A stretch of DNA of 64,000 nt, taken from Hormiphora californensis. Its lineage: Eukaryota; Animalia; Ctenophora. Location: positions 2,542,001 through 2,606,000 of the forward strand of contig CM035350.1 in NCBI GenBank assembly GCA_020137815.1, given 5' to 3'. The first letter of the stretch is position 1, and each line of letters starts with the position of its first letter. Positions 11,401 to 26,432 of this stretch are shown here, piece by piece. Made by a program: the position numbers and the translations under genes. Under the pieces are notes generated by a model that had not been told where the DNA came from, did no database searches, and saw only the letters and a list, made by a program, of their open reading frames with translations.

Positions 11401-14400
11401 ATCATCAGCGGCCTCGAGTTAGTGGGGGTACGTGCCAAAATGAAGTCTCCACCTCATCTAATTCGAGGGATAATGGGATATTTTCATAATTTTGTGTGTG
11501 CGCATGACTTATTTTTGGGCTAGACCAGTTTTAATGGTTTCTGAGTGTCTATAGGATTTTTAAAGGGGTGTATCTTGTTCGGAATATGCAAGTTTATATA
11601 AGAGTTATGAAGCAACATAGGGCCTATCTCCAACGGTTTAGGAGATATGAGTTTTTGAAGTTTTTGAAGTTTTCCACCCTAAGTTTCTCTTTGAAGGTTT
11701 TGAAGTTGACTTCAAAAACTTCAGCCGGCCCCCCCCCCCCCTATGAAACGTAATGCAGTTATTCTTGTTTGGAATCCAGTGCGAGGTGGAACACGCACCA
11801 CTAATAATGTGAGAACATCAGAACGCTACACACTTTAGTACCCTTGATTGTATCTCTACTCCATTCCTAACAACAGTTACGCCCATTGCCTTGTATTAAA
11901 TTAAGTACCTGACGAGAAAAACATTTTAGGATCTCAAACCGGAAAATATTGGATTTGACTGCAATAACTTTTCGCTCAAGGTAACTTGTTTACTTTTAGT
12001 TTTGCTATTCATAGTTTAATTGTTCATTCCCAAGAGGCGAGCACGGCCCAGTTTCAAACGTCTCCGATTCATTCGCAGATGAATGTAAATGTACAACTTG
12101 AATAGCATTTTTTTTTAATTTTGACAAATGTTACCCGATCAGATTCTTGACTTTGGTTTAGCCCGATCAGATGGTGTTGACCATATCTTGGGAAACCATA
12201 CGGTATACTACTCCCCATATGTCGGCACGAGGGCTTACATGGCTCCTGAAGTGGCTTTGGGCATAAAGTATGATGGGTCTGATGTTGATATTTGGTCAGC
12301 AGGCTGCATTTTTGCAGAACTGTTTCTGGGTAAAATACTGTTTCCAGCAAACAATTTTTATGGACAGTTCATCCTAATTGTAAGAGAGTTGGGAGAGCCA
12401 CCTGAAGAAATTACCGGACAACTAAATACCAATGTAAGTGTGGGCGGGGGTCCAGCCCTAAAAAGGCCATCGGTAGCCTGATTTTGGTCACAGCTACCTT
12501 CTTTTTAGCCTTCTTGGCCTGTTTAGCCTTTTAAGCCTTTTTTGGCCGATAGGCTGGCCTTTTTTAGGGCTGAACCACCCCCAAGCGTCGTGATGCTGTT
12601 AGCTAGATAGTGCAGTGTAAAACGTGATCCGAAACAGTGATGAATTCTAATGTACAATTTTCAGGTTCAAAGAGCAATCGAAGACTTTGCATGGCTGCCA
12701 AGGTCTAAGAATGTTGAGAGAATTCGTTTATTAGATGATGGAAATGATATCTGCACTGAGGGCTCTTGTACCTGTAAGTAAATTTTGTTCAGCAAAACAC
12801 TATGGGCCAGAAACAGTATAGGCCAGGAAAATTATGCAAAAATAAGGTGATTTTGGGAACTAATTTGTAAGTTTACTTTTCCACCGCCAAAGTGCTCAGA
12901 TAGGTCCCCAGAATCACCAAAAAATAATGACGCACTCTCCGATTTGTGGAAGTTGGGTTTCCGGGCCACGCCCTTTTTGCCTGTATTTCTAGCCTGGCCC
13001 GAAATATCAAAAACTATCTTAGGAGACGAGTAGGAACAAAATCGAGGGCACTAGAGTGTGTAGCGTCCTCGCATTAGTGGGGGTAGGTGCTGGAATTAAG
13101 TCTCTATCTCATCTGGTTAATTAGATAGTTGGATAATTAGATATGCGCATAACCGTATTTTGGCTAGATGGCTATAGCCACTTAAGAATGGTTTAGAGAC
13201 TTTTCACTGGTGCCATTTTGTAGGCAATGGCCAAATTATGGGGGGTCGACGTCGGACTTTTAAGCTCTATCTCCCACCGTTTAGCAGTTATTTGGCTTTA
13301 AAGGTGCTCAAAATCAGGCTTTTTACCGTTTTTTGCTCATTTTGAGCACCTTTAAAGCCAAATAACGGCTAAACGGTTGGAGATAGAGCTTAAAAGTCCG
13401 ACGTCGACCCCCCATAACTTGGCCATTGCCTACAAAATGGCACCAGTGAAAAGTCTCTAAACCATTCTTAAGTGGCTATAGCCATCTAGCCAAAATACGG
13501 TTATGCGCATATCTAATTATCCAATTATCTAATTAACCAGATGAGATAGAGATTTAATTCCAGCACCTACCCCCACTAATGCGAGGACGCTACACACTCT
13601 GGTGCCCTCGATTTTGTCCCTACTCGTCTCCTAAGATGGTTTTTGATATTTCGTGCCAGGCTAGAAATTAGAAATACAGGCAAAAAGGGCGTGGCCCGGA
13701 AACCCAACTTCCACAAATCGGAGAGTGCGTCATTATTTTTTGGTGATTCTGGGGACCTATCTGAGCACTTTGGCGGTGGAAAAGTAAACTTACAAATTAG
13801 TTCCCAAATTAGTGCACACATTTCCTGGCCTAGTAGTGTACTATGTATAACAACTTAGTGTACTACTGCAGAATGTGTAATTTTCGAATTCTAACCCTCG
13901 TAAGCTTTTTTGCTTTGCAATGTGCAGGGGAAAAATAATAGTAACTCACTGATTAACCAACAGCCACTTGGACATTCATTTCTAAATTACAATCGATATG
14001 GTGCCAATTTTTTGCATGTGAATTCAGGGTAGGTGAATGTGTTAGTTCACAATTTCTTCCTCATTTCCTAACTAATAAAGAAGGGGCCACACAGTTACAT
14101 ACACAAGAAGGGGTAACACAGTTTATACAAACACGGTTGTATGAATGACACACGCTATTTACACGCTAATTACACGCTAATTACACACTAATTACACACA
14201 GATAGCAACGCAGTAGACTGCATTTCCCGAATAATAACTTACACCAACCGAATAACAGTAGAGGATTTATTGGCGCATGAGTTCTTCAACCACTATCGGT
14301 ATCAAGAAAATGAGCGAATACCACCAGAAGAGGACCTTTTGTTTGTAAGTCTAATTAATTAACTTGAAACTCTCTACCAATCTCTACCATTCCTTGCTTG

Positions 14401-14859
14401 ACCCTCTCTCACCGTAGCACCCAACTCTAATTGCTAATTGTGTAAATCCTTGCTCGACCCTGTTAAGGAGGGTTAGAACATAACTGTGTAAATCCCCTCA
14501 CAGCACCGTCAGGATATGGCGGAAACAGAAAATGCCACCGTTACAACTTTAGCTCACTGGAAAGGTTAGTTTTAACTTGTCTCATATAAGACCGTCCTCT
14601 TCGCACCGGGCGGCTACATCGAGGTTGCGCAGTGTACACTGTACACTGTACAGTGTACAGTCAGTGTCTGACAAGTTTTAAATGTTTCCATAAATCAACT
14701 GAATACTTAACATCTGCCTCTTTTTCAGATCAAATTCGGAACAAGATTCAGGAAGGGGTAAACAATTCGAGTTGGACTGGTTGGTTGGTTAGAGCCTTTG
14801 GTATGGGCTCGCGGTTGACCATGAGAGGCTTCCAGAGTTGGACTGGTGTCAGGACATAA
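8492..14859 (+). CDS. Divergent JNK/p38-like MAP kinase 2; 10 exons ~8492-8593, 9671-9805, 9923-10048, 10275-10376, 11930-11980, 12143-12433, 12665-12773, 14202-14344, 14504-14564, 14729-14859
   Basis: GGGTFG, VAIKKL, TYREIALL, HR|DLKPEN, ILDFGLARSDG, YMAPE, VDIWSAGCIFAEL; intron positions mostly match kinase 1; likely homopolymer indels at ~8585 and ~9740. Confidence 0.85.
8764..9660. mobile_element. ~900-bp near-perfect palindromic MITE, Kolobok-like
   Basis: TTAA|AGTGAGAGAGAACAGCCCC...GGGGCTGTTCTCTCTCACT|TTAA. TTAA TSD with RR..YY termini fits Kolobok rather than piggyBac (CC..GG). Confidence 0.8.
10917..11741. mobile_element. Poly-G/poly-C terminated MITE (Mutator- or Merlin-like)
   Basis: G(n)CCGGCTGAAGTTTTTGAAG...CTTCAAAAACTTCAGCCGGC(n); TSD TATGAAAC(G), 8-9 bp, on both sides. 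Confidence 0.8.
12819..13832. mobile_element. ~1-kb palindromic MITE, Academ-like
   Basis: TAGGCCAGGAAA...TTTCCTGGCCTA with 3-bp flanking duplication GTA; internal arms complementary over ~470 bp. Confidence 0.75.
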
Positions 14860-15805
14860 ATGGAATTACCTTGCTCGACCCTCTTTCCGTGGGTTAGAAT
14901 GGAATAGGTCAACTTTAAATTTGAGATCAACCAAGCATAAACAATTTACTTCATGACAGACTGTCTTTTATGTGTGTGTGTGTGTGTGTGTGTGGCTCTA
15001 GGTTATAGCGTACCAAACTCTGCCGCACGACAGAACGGTGTTGTCTTTTATGTTTTTAATTGCTTTTACCCGTTTATGATTTTATACATTTTGCAAGCTA
15101 CAAAGTTGTGCAGGGATTGTTTTTGTAAATCAGCATGTTTAATACATTTATCTTTTTCGCCTTTTTCACCTTTGATTTACTTAGACTTTCTTGTTTAATA
15201 CTCCCTTTAATTTTGACAATTTTACTTGTTAGATCATCATATGTATTGTGCAGCAATCTTATCGTGGAACAGGTCGCCTTAGAAAAATACCTCAACTGAA
15301 CTTACACTGTAATTGCTATCCAACAGGTAAAGTTGCTTGATGTGTTGTTGTGTTTACGTCTGGTAGGTTTTTCCAGGGGATGTTATTTATTTTTCGAATC
15401 GTTATTAGTTTTGTTCTGAGAGGACCCGGAGTATGAGGGCGAAGGGTAAGGTGCTGAGACCAGCTGGTTAGGTGTCGGGAATATGAATGACTTTAGAACT
15501 GGTTTTGGCAAGTTCCATTCAGTCTATATTTGTTACTTTATGTAACGCGCGACGTATTCCAACTGATACAATGTGAGAAGCGCGCAGCGGAATATGCTCC
15601 AAACCCGATTTCATATCCCTCTCGGGGGTATAGCATGAGATCATCAGTCAGGGGCGGCTCTGTCATCAGTTATGACGTCATTGTTCACCTACTGACCCCT
15701 TCCTGTTTAGGTGCAGGAAGTAGGGACTATAATATGAAGATGCATGAGCAAGATGAGTTAATACCCCAGCACTAGTGTCAGCAAATATAGGTACGTTAAA
15801 AATAT

Positions 15806-16450
15806 TTTTTTTTTTGCGAAGGCCGGGGTACCGGTTCAAATAGAATATATGTCAGTACAATATTATTTACATGAATAGGTATAAAAATAAGATTTACTCT
15901 TACGGGTGTAATAAGTTAAGTATATATAAATCAGATAATAAGATGAAAATCGTTTGTTTTGCTACAAAAGTGTGTCCATTTATTGCCCCTGTACCCCCTG
16001 ATGGCGATGAGAATGGTCTTCAACAGCGAGAAAGACAGACGTAGACGAATGTACCGGATGGCATCGTTGTAGGTGTGTCCCGTTTTGTCAGATAGAAGTT
16101 TAGCAACCTTCTTGTAGAACACCTCCGCTTGGGGGCCCATAACCCCAGTTGTTGAGAAAACTAGGGGTGTGAAAGTTGCCTTCTCGACCTGAAGGACTCT
16201 GTCGTTGTAATTCAATACCTTTTCCCTCTCGTGTCTCCTCATAGTGTCCTGGAGGGACTTGCCGATGTTGGTTGGCGCAAGACTGTTGAATACACGGATG
16301 TCAGTGTAAACTTTGTCCAAGTCACTCCACACATTACGGGCAGAAACATCCAAACGGGCACTGTTAGCAGTGTTAGTAGAACGGTATTGGAATGTTTCAC
16401 CAGTTATGGGTAGGAGCTGCGGCTCAATGCGGCTCAATGCGGACATCTTT
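15806..16450 (-). mobile_element. 5'-truncated CRE-like non-LTR retrotransposon (restriction-like endonuclease region, 3' UTR, poly-A)
   Basis: IEPQL, ARLDVSARNVW, DIRVF, HEREK...YNDRVLQVEKATFTPLVFSTTG, IRLRLSFSLL..IRGYR; T-run at 15806-15815 reads as poly-A on the - strand. Confidence 0.8.
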
Positions 16451-17934
16451 GCAGCCGGCTTCCACGAGTACGGTTTCCCGTTCCGTTTGTGATTATAAGA
16501 TCTGTTTGTTCTCTCCAGCTCCACTTCCTACTATCCTTCCAATTTACATATTTGGATTGGTAAAGCGTACATTTGTTAAGTTTGTACAATGTATACTGTA
16601 TACGCATTGTTGGTAGTCATAGTGCAAGGACTCACTTTTTGAGACTCAATCCGATTTAGTTTTACAATAAGTAATCCAGAATCCCCCATATATAGAGACG
16701 TTCTCCAAGAGGGCACACGACTTCTCCCACTATAACACGTGAAGATGATGCAATGTAAAGGTCCTTTTGTGTGTTCAGTGGTGCTAACTTTGATCGTACT
16801 GCAGATAAACTGTCTTCGTCTGGCAGCAAACCTACTGTAAAAAGGTAAATTGATCCACAAAACTGAAGAACACGTTGTGTGACGTGTGTTAGTGTTACTT
16901 GATATTAAATCAACATGAACATGGTAGTTGTACTGTTTGTCGAGTGGCCCCTGTAAGTTTAACTAAGATAGAGAGGATAGGAAGATCATGTCCAAATTTG
17001 AAGGATCTATCTTATCTCTATCTTATCTTGTCAGGAACTCAGGAACTGGAGAAATCTAAGATATATTTTTTGGGGGGGGGCCAACGAATTTTTTATATAT
17101 TTCCTTAATTTTGGATTTTTTTATATATATATAAAAATATATAAAAATATATAAAAATATATAAAAAATATATAAAGTTATATAAATAATATATAAAAAT
17201 ATATAAAAATATATAAAATAAACCCTTTTTTCACCCCTTTTACTTTCAAAAAAGGGGATTATTTCCATCTATTGTTCACTTGAATATGTTTCATAGAGTT
17301 AATTTAAGTGTTTGAGAGGGTGATAGCTGTTTTACATAATTGAGAATGTGTTCAAAAGTGAATTATGCACTGTCAAAAGTAGAACTGGTGAAGAGAGGTT
17401 CCGGCCTAATAATATCTACCAGTTTTGGTGTGATTTCAATCATTTTTTGTATGTTGATCCGTGCAGATGTACTAGAACTGGTGAAGAGAGGTTGGGATCG
17501 CGAAACTAAAAAAACAAATAATTTTTGACGTCATTTTGACGTCATGACGTTATTGACGCGACGTCACGATGTTACAAACGTCACATTGATGACGGAAAAT
17601 CATCAGGATTATCTAGATGAAGATGCTGACCAAGTTTGAGATCAATTGAATGATATTTGATCCCGCTATGGCGAAAAACAGCTTTCTGTTTTCACAATTC
17701 GGCACAATACCCACGTGACACTTGTGACTTTTTCCAGTACTGTTTTACTTTGCCCTTATCACGTGATCATCAGGGGAACGGGTGGGATACTGCATGACAT
17801 GCAAATCAAAGCAAAGTGCCACTGCAATTAGCGTGATCTATCACACCTATCACTAGTAGCCCAAATAATAGATACTACAGCAGCTACTGTTACTTCAATT
17901 TTGCTGCCCTTAATTCTTATTTTATAGATAGAGT

Positions 17935-17946
17935 GAGAGAGAGGGG

Positions 17947-18012
<66 letters not shown>
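17935..18012. repeat. (GA)n microsatellite; others at ~4390-4458, 18420-18481, 22045-22113, 43970-44038
   Basis: Direct reading. Confidence 0.95.
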
Positions 18013-18015
<3 letters not shown>

Positions 18016-18415
18016 CATATCATTACCAGAAAGGTGAAAACAGAACTTGGTAGCCGGATGTTGTCCGTCCTCCTATCCGCACCCCTGCATTTCGCAAAAA
18101 ATGGGGGGGGGGGGGGCCAACGCTCATTTTTTATATATTTTTATATTTTTATATACCTTTTTTTTGGGGAAAAAAACATAATTTTTTTATATATTATAAA
18201 ATATATAAAAATATATAAAATACATATGAATATATAAAAATATATAAAAATAATAAAAAAATATATAAAAATATATAAAAAATTGTTTACACAGAAGAAG
18301 AGAACTACGTGTATGTGGCAGTTATTGCCGGTACACTTCTTGTGTTACAGTGCTTGATTTACCGCACCGTGTACTTTGTGCAGTCATGTGTGCTATTATA
18401 GGGCGCCTCATTGTG

Positions 18416-18485
<70 letters not shown>

Positions 18486-19509
18486 CTGTTCTTGTGATCT
18501 ATGAACAAGTTTGAAAAGAAATTAATTTAAAATTAATAATTTTGATGCCGGTGTTATCCTCTCAAAACCTGACATTGCATGCACTGTCTCATTGCTCAAA
18601 TTCCCCTTGATTGAAGCTAGGACCGTTCGGCATTGCTTTCTAGTTTGTTTGCCAATAAAAACAACCATATTGCCCCTTTTTATGTCTATTTTCTTAGAGT
18701 AAGCCCTTTAGTTTTACATTTAATCCGTTTTTTTTATCTGAAATGTTTTTCCCTTTTATTAGATGAAGATTTCACGAGACCTCCTCCTTTATTTTCTGTA
18801 CGGAAAGAAAGAGGACACTCCTTCTTCACCGGGTAAGTGTGGAACACCAACTTGGGGGAACAAAGTCTAGCTAGGCAAGGGGATATAGTGTCCCCTGAGT
18901 ATGTGTTCAAGTTACGAAGTCACCTGCATTTACTTTGTAATTTCATTACCAAGCGTTCCTGTTCCAGTTGGTCACATTGATACCTGAGTGAGATCGAGGT
19001 CGCGCAGCGACCGAGATCGATCTCACATACATATTATTCGCGGAGCGAGAATGGGATGCGATGGATCCAACTGTTCCAGCTAGTAGCTAGTTAGAGTCTA
19101 ACTTAGACTTTTTGGTATTCTCAGGGGCGAGTAGTTAGTGATTCGCCACCGCTAGGCAGGAGTTAGAAGTGAAATCTTCAAGCCCCTTGTTAGGTTATCA
19201 GGGGTTAGTTAGCCCCTCCTATCCTATCCTGTCTTTGCGAGTGGAAGGGGGGCACAGATCCGAGATTGAGTAATGTCAGCACACCTAGGGGTGGTAACCA
19301 CGTAGTCCTAATAAGACAGGCTGCAGTATTTCGGTGGTGAAACTGAACGTGGGCCAAAGTTTGTTTCTTTTCTCTGTCTCCCACCGGATACGCACCCTGC
19401 TTTGTCTCAAGGGCATCCCTGACACACCTGATGTTTTCCCCTGTTTCCATTGACCTTACCTTGCAGAGCTGGGCAACAGAGCTGAGTCCCAGTTCTGTAT
19501 TGTCTCCAT

Positions 19510-20300
19510 CAGCACTATATCATTCTGACGTTCACTTCTACCCTCAGCCCTATATCATTCTGACGTTCACTTCTACCCTCAGCCCTATATCATTCTGACG
19601 TTCACTTCTACCCTCAGCCCTATATCATCCTGACGTTCACTTCTACCCTCAGCCCTATATCATTCTGACGTTCACTTCTACCCTCAGCCCTATATCATTC
19701 TGACGTTCACTTCTACCCTCAGCCCTATATCATTCTGACATTCACTTCTACCCTCAGCCCTATATCATTCTGACGTTCACTTCTACCCTCAGCCCTATAT
19801 CATTCTGACGTTCACTTCTACCCTCAGCCCTATATCATTCTGACGTTCACTTCTACCCTCAGCCCTATATCATTCTGACGTTCACTTCTACCCTCAGCCC
19901 TATATCATTCTGACGTTCACTTCTACCCTCAGCCCTATATCATCCTGACGTTCACTTCTACCCTCAGCCCTATATCATTCTGACGTTCACTTCTACCCTC
20001 AGCCCTATATCATTCTGACGTTCACTTCTACCCTCAGCCCTATATCATTCTGACGTTCACTTCTACCCTCAGCCCTATATCATTCTGACGTTCACTTCTA
20101 CCCTCAGCCCTATATCATTCTGACGTTCACTTCTACCCTCAGCCCTATATCATCCTGACGTTCACTTCTACCCTCAGCCCTATATCATTCTGACGTTCAC
20201 TTCTACCCTCAGCCCTATATCATTCTGACATTCACTTCTACCCTCAGCCCTATATCATCCTGACGTTCACTTCTACCCTCAACACTATATCATCCTGTCG
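19510..20300. repeat. 35-bp minisatellite, ~22 copies (CAGCCCTATATCATTCTGACGTTCACTTCTACCCT)
   Basis: Period 35 (TATATCAT at 19551, 19586, 19621...), near-identical head-to-tail units, no spacers. Confidence 0.97.
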
Positions 20301-21130
20301 TCCACTCATTCGCATTCCCTCCTCACTTCTACCCACTCTGTTTATCTCACCCCCAGGTGTCTGGGCAACTAAGCAGTATCCCAGCCCCTTGAGTCCCATT
20401 TAGCTCACTGCACCTTTTCATCTCGGACGGACACTCACCTCTTTCCGCTCCCAGTCTCTTCAATATCACCTTATACCCTTCCGACCTCCCAGCCTGGGGT
20501 CGGGGAAAGGGGCTCTGTGGCAACTAACCTCCCTCCCTTCCTCCCAGCCTTGTGGTTTTCACTAGTACGGCCAGACAGTGTGGTGGTGGGATGGGATGCC
20601 GGGGTGGTAGGATGGGGTGGTGGGGACGGGGTGGGGTATTGTATCATGTTCAGTGTATCGGTTCAACAGCTTGGTAATGCTCATGGTGGCCACGTCTAGT
20701 AGGCTCTTAGCGGCGGTGGCGGCGGCCTCTTCCTCCGCTGTTTGACGCTGATCTCTAGACAGTTAAATTTGTAAGCGTCTGAAGTCATTAGTATATATAT
20801 TCCCCATTCCAAGGGCCTTGCCCGATCCCAGCTCTCATTAGGATAATTGGTGTCCAGGGAGGTGCTAGATTCTCGTAGAAGAGTAGGGCTCGATATAGAG
20901 CCGCCCCCTTACTAGGTAGGGCGGGATCGGTCCTTTGACCCCCTTTGTAAATAATACTCAAGCCCACCAATGGCTGCCTCAACATTAATCCCTTGAATAT
21001 ATTTTGGAATCTCTCTCCCTCTCTCCCTCCAAGCATTAACCGCCGCCCCCACATTTCGCTTTCTCTATTCAGAACCGCTACCAGAACTAGAATTCCTGCC
21101 CCACCATTTTAACCCAGCTCCTCTATTCAG

Positions 21131-23841
<2,711 letters not shown>

Positions 23842-24383
23842 AACGTGTGACGTCGTTATCATGTGACGTCACACAGTTCATTGCTTGTTGAGTTGAAACT
23901 CAACATCATATATTGCCGCTACGAAAAACTGTGCAAACTGAGCTGTGCGTATCTTATCATTTGACTTAGAGTATTGTGACACATGTATGGTATTTGGAGA
24001 AGTACGGCCGGAACTTGTTGAGTAACTCAACAAGCCGGAACATGATCTTTGTCGAAATAGGGCGAGAGAATGAGTATATGGACGACCTAATATCTCGGAA
24101 GTTTTACATAGCTGCTATTATCAGAGATTTTGCTGTTTTACCACGGCCACTTGGCAATTTATTTTCCCGCCATAAACCACGAGTCAGTTAATTCGTTAAT
24201 TTGGAACTGGAAGGCTTATCGGTTAGGACCTTGGTGTGACAAGAGAGTGTGTTTACCTAGACACACACTCTTGTCACACAAACTCAGGTCAAAGAAAATA
24301 CTAAGCAAAAGACGTCCCCGGAAGATTTCCCAGAGACGTCCCAGCTGGGGGATTTATTAAAATAGATAAACCACCAGAGGGCC

Positions 24384-24507
24384 TGTCTGCCGCCGCGACC
24401 CCATCTAAGCGCACTATATGGGTAGAGACGAAATCTACTGTCAGAAAAGCTGGCGGTGCCATACCCCATTTTGACAGTGTGCTCAGATAGGGTCGCGGCG
24501 CCAGACA
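24384..24507. mobile_element. Short inverted-repeat element CTGTCTG..GCCGCGACCCCATC; relatives at ~22495-22563 and ~25927-26000
   Basis: Three dispersed copies with complementary ends. Confidence 0.65.
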
Positions 24508-24607
24508 GCAGAAAATCGAGCTGCTGGGACGTCCCAGGGAGATCTACCGAGGACGTCTCCCGTAGACCGTGTACTACTAGACGTCCCAAATGTATTATTA
24601 TAATTAT

Positions 24608-25196
24608 GGGGGGGGGGGCCAAGGCCAAAAAAAGCCAAACCCGCCCTGAAATCCGGGTCTGATCTGGCTTTTTTTGATCTGGCTTTTTTTGGCTTTTTTT
24701 GATCTGGCTTTTTTTATCTGGCTTTTTTTGATCTGGCTTTTTTTGATCTGGCTTTTTTTGGCCTTTTTTGATCTGGCTTTTTTTGGATCTGGCTTTTTTT
24801 GGCTTTTTTTGATCTGGCTTTTTTTGATTTGGCAGTTTTGATCTGGCTTTTTTTTGGCTTTTTTTGATCTGGCTTTTTTGATCTGGCTTTTTTTGGCTTT
24901 TTTTGATCTGGCTTTTTTTGGCTTTTGTTGATCTGGCTTTTTTTGGCTTTTTTTGATCTGGCTCTTTTTAAATCAAACTTTTTTTCGGTAAAAAATTTAT
25001 TTCCCTATCGATATAAAGTGGTAAAACTAGATCAAAGAAGCCATTTTAAAGTGTTTTTAATGTCATACAGACCATATAATGTCAGAATTACATGCCAAAA
25101 TGACCAAAAAAGTAGGGCCAAAAAAAGCCAAAAAAAGCCAAACCCGCCCTAAAATCCGGGATTGATCTGGCTTTTTTTGGCCTTGGCCCCCCCCCC
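24608..25196. mobile_element. Poly-G/poly-C terminated MITE with internal GATCTGGCTTTTTT tandem array
   Basis: G(n)CCAAGGCCAAAAAAAGCC...GGCTTTTTTTGGCCTTGGC(n); flanks share only ATTAT. Degraded G(n)CCAACG starts at ~17072 and ~18103. Confidence 0.75.
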
Positions 25197-25478
25197 ATTA
25201 TAGATACAACGCCCGGGAAGCCATGCACCGCCAAAAAAGTGTGCCAGAATAGTCACTGAATCACTTCTTTTCTGGCAGAAGATTTCGTCTCTGCTACCGG
25301 TGGTTTATCTATCATCCCCCAGCTGGGACGTCTCTGCTGTATGAGACACGGTCGCTTGTAGTGGGAAAACGGTAATGGAAAACGAAGATACAGTAAGACG
25401 ACGCGCAACCGTGACCAATCAGGGCGCTAGTACGTGCTGACACATGAACTTTTTGCCGCGTGTTATGCACCGTGCGCG

Positions 25479-25579
25479 TCTCCTTACTGTATTTTGCGTT
25501 ACCGTATTTTGACTGCAAGCAGCACTGTCTCAGTGCTGCTTGCAGTCAAAATACGGTAACGCAAAATACAGTAAGGAGA
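25479..25579. repeat. Perfect ~100-bp hairpin
   Basis: TCTCCTTACTGTATTTTGCG...CAGCACTG-TCT-CAGTGCTG...CGCAAAATACAGTAAGGAGA. Confidence 0.9.
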
Positions 25580-26043
25580 CTCTCACAAAAGACTGCCCTC
25601 TCAAAACTGTCATGTCATGTTGATGTAGTACTATGTAGTAATAGTATCACTATCAGTGGTACTCCGTCATATTGGCCGACCGTAAATAGTAAATACCCTA
25701 CATGTAAATAAAATACAATGTGTATTTGTTACCCAAACTCCAAATTGTTTCTATCCGGTTGGTCCTGGTTGATATTCAACAAGGTGGGCCAGTATAATAA
25801 TATTACATACTGTGTTATACCCTACATGTGTGGTAGTACATGACTGTGTAATACACAGTCCTGTGCTACCACACATTGGCTGAGTAGCAGCACCCCTCCA
25901 GCTCCAAGCCCAATACCACACATGCACTGTCTGGCGCCGCGACCCATCTGAGCGCACTGTCGCATTTGAGAATCAAATGGGGTAAGGCGCCGCCATACAG
26001 CACATGCACGTATCACCCGGACGACGTGAAATTACAACAATTC

Positions 26044-26227
26044 GAAAGATCTTTTGTAGGACGATGAAGGCTGACTCGACCTTCACCTATTCCGTTCTGG
26101 AGAAAGAACGTTCAGGCTTGGTAATTTCGCGCGGCGGTAAGGGGTAAGTATGTATAGCGTGCTAGTAGCACGGTGCTACCAATCCGGTCACTGTCCATGC
26201 CAGGCGGTGCCTTACAAAAGATCTTTC
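26044..26227. mobile_element. Short MITE with ~15-bp TIRs
   Basis: GAAAGATCTTTTGTA...TACAAAAGATCTTTC. Confidence 0.55.
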
Positions 26228-26432
26228 ATTCCAATAACAAATATTTTGTAAACTGAGAAACATAAAAGAATAAATTAATTAGAATAAGAGTCTTTAAAAG
26301 GCAGCTCCCCGGCCGAAGCTGCCGGTATTTCGTTCCCAAAAACACAGTTCATATCATATTTCCCACCCTCTCCCGAATCAGAATATTGTCTGTAGGTATA
26401 CTATCCAACTGATTCTATCTCTCTATCTGCAG

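Noticed and set aside
17056-18290. AT-rich ORFs (YIF repeats)
   Set aside because: Degraded or mis-called subterminal repeats of poly-G elements.
19510-20300. CRISPR array (35-bp repeat)
   Set aside because: Units are head-to-tail with no unique spacers; eukaryotic context, no cas genes.
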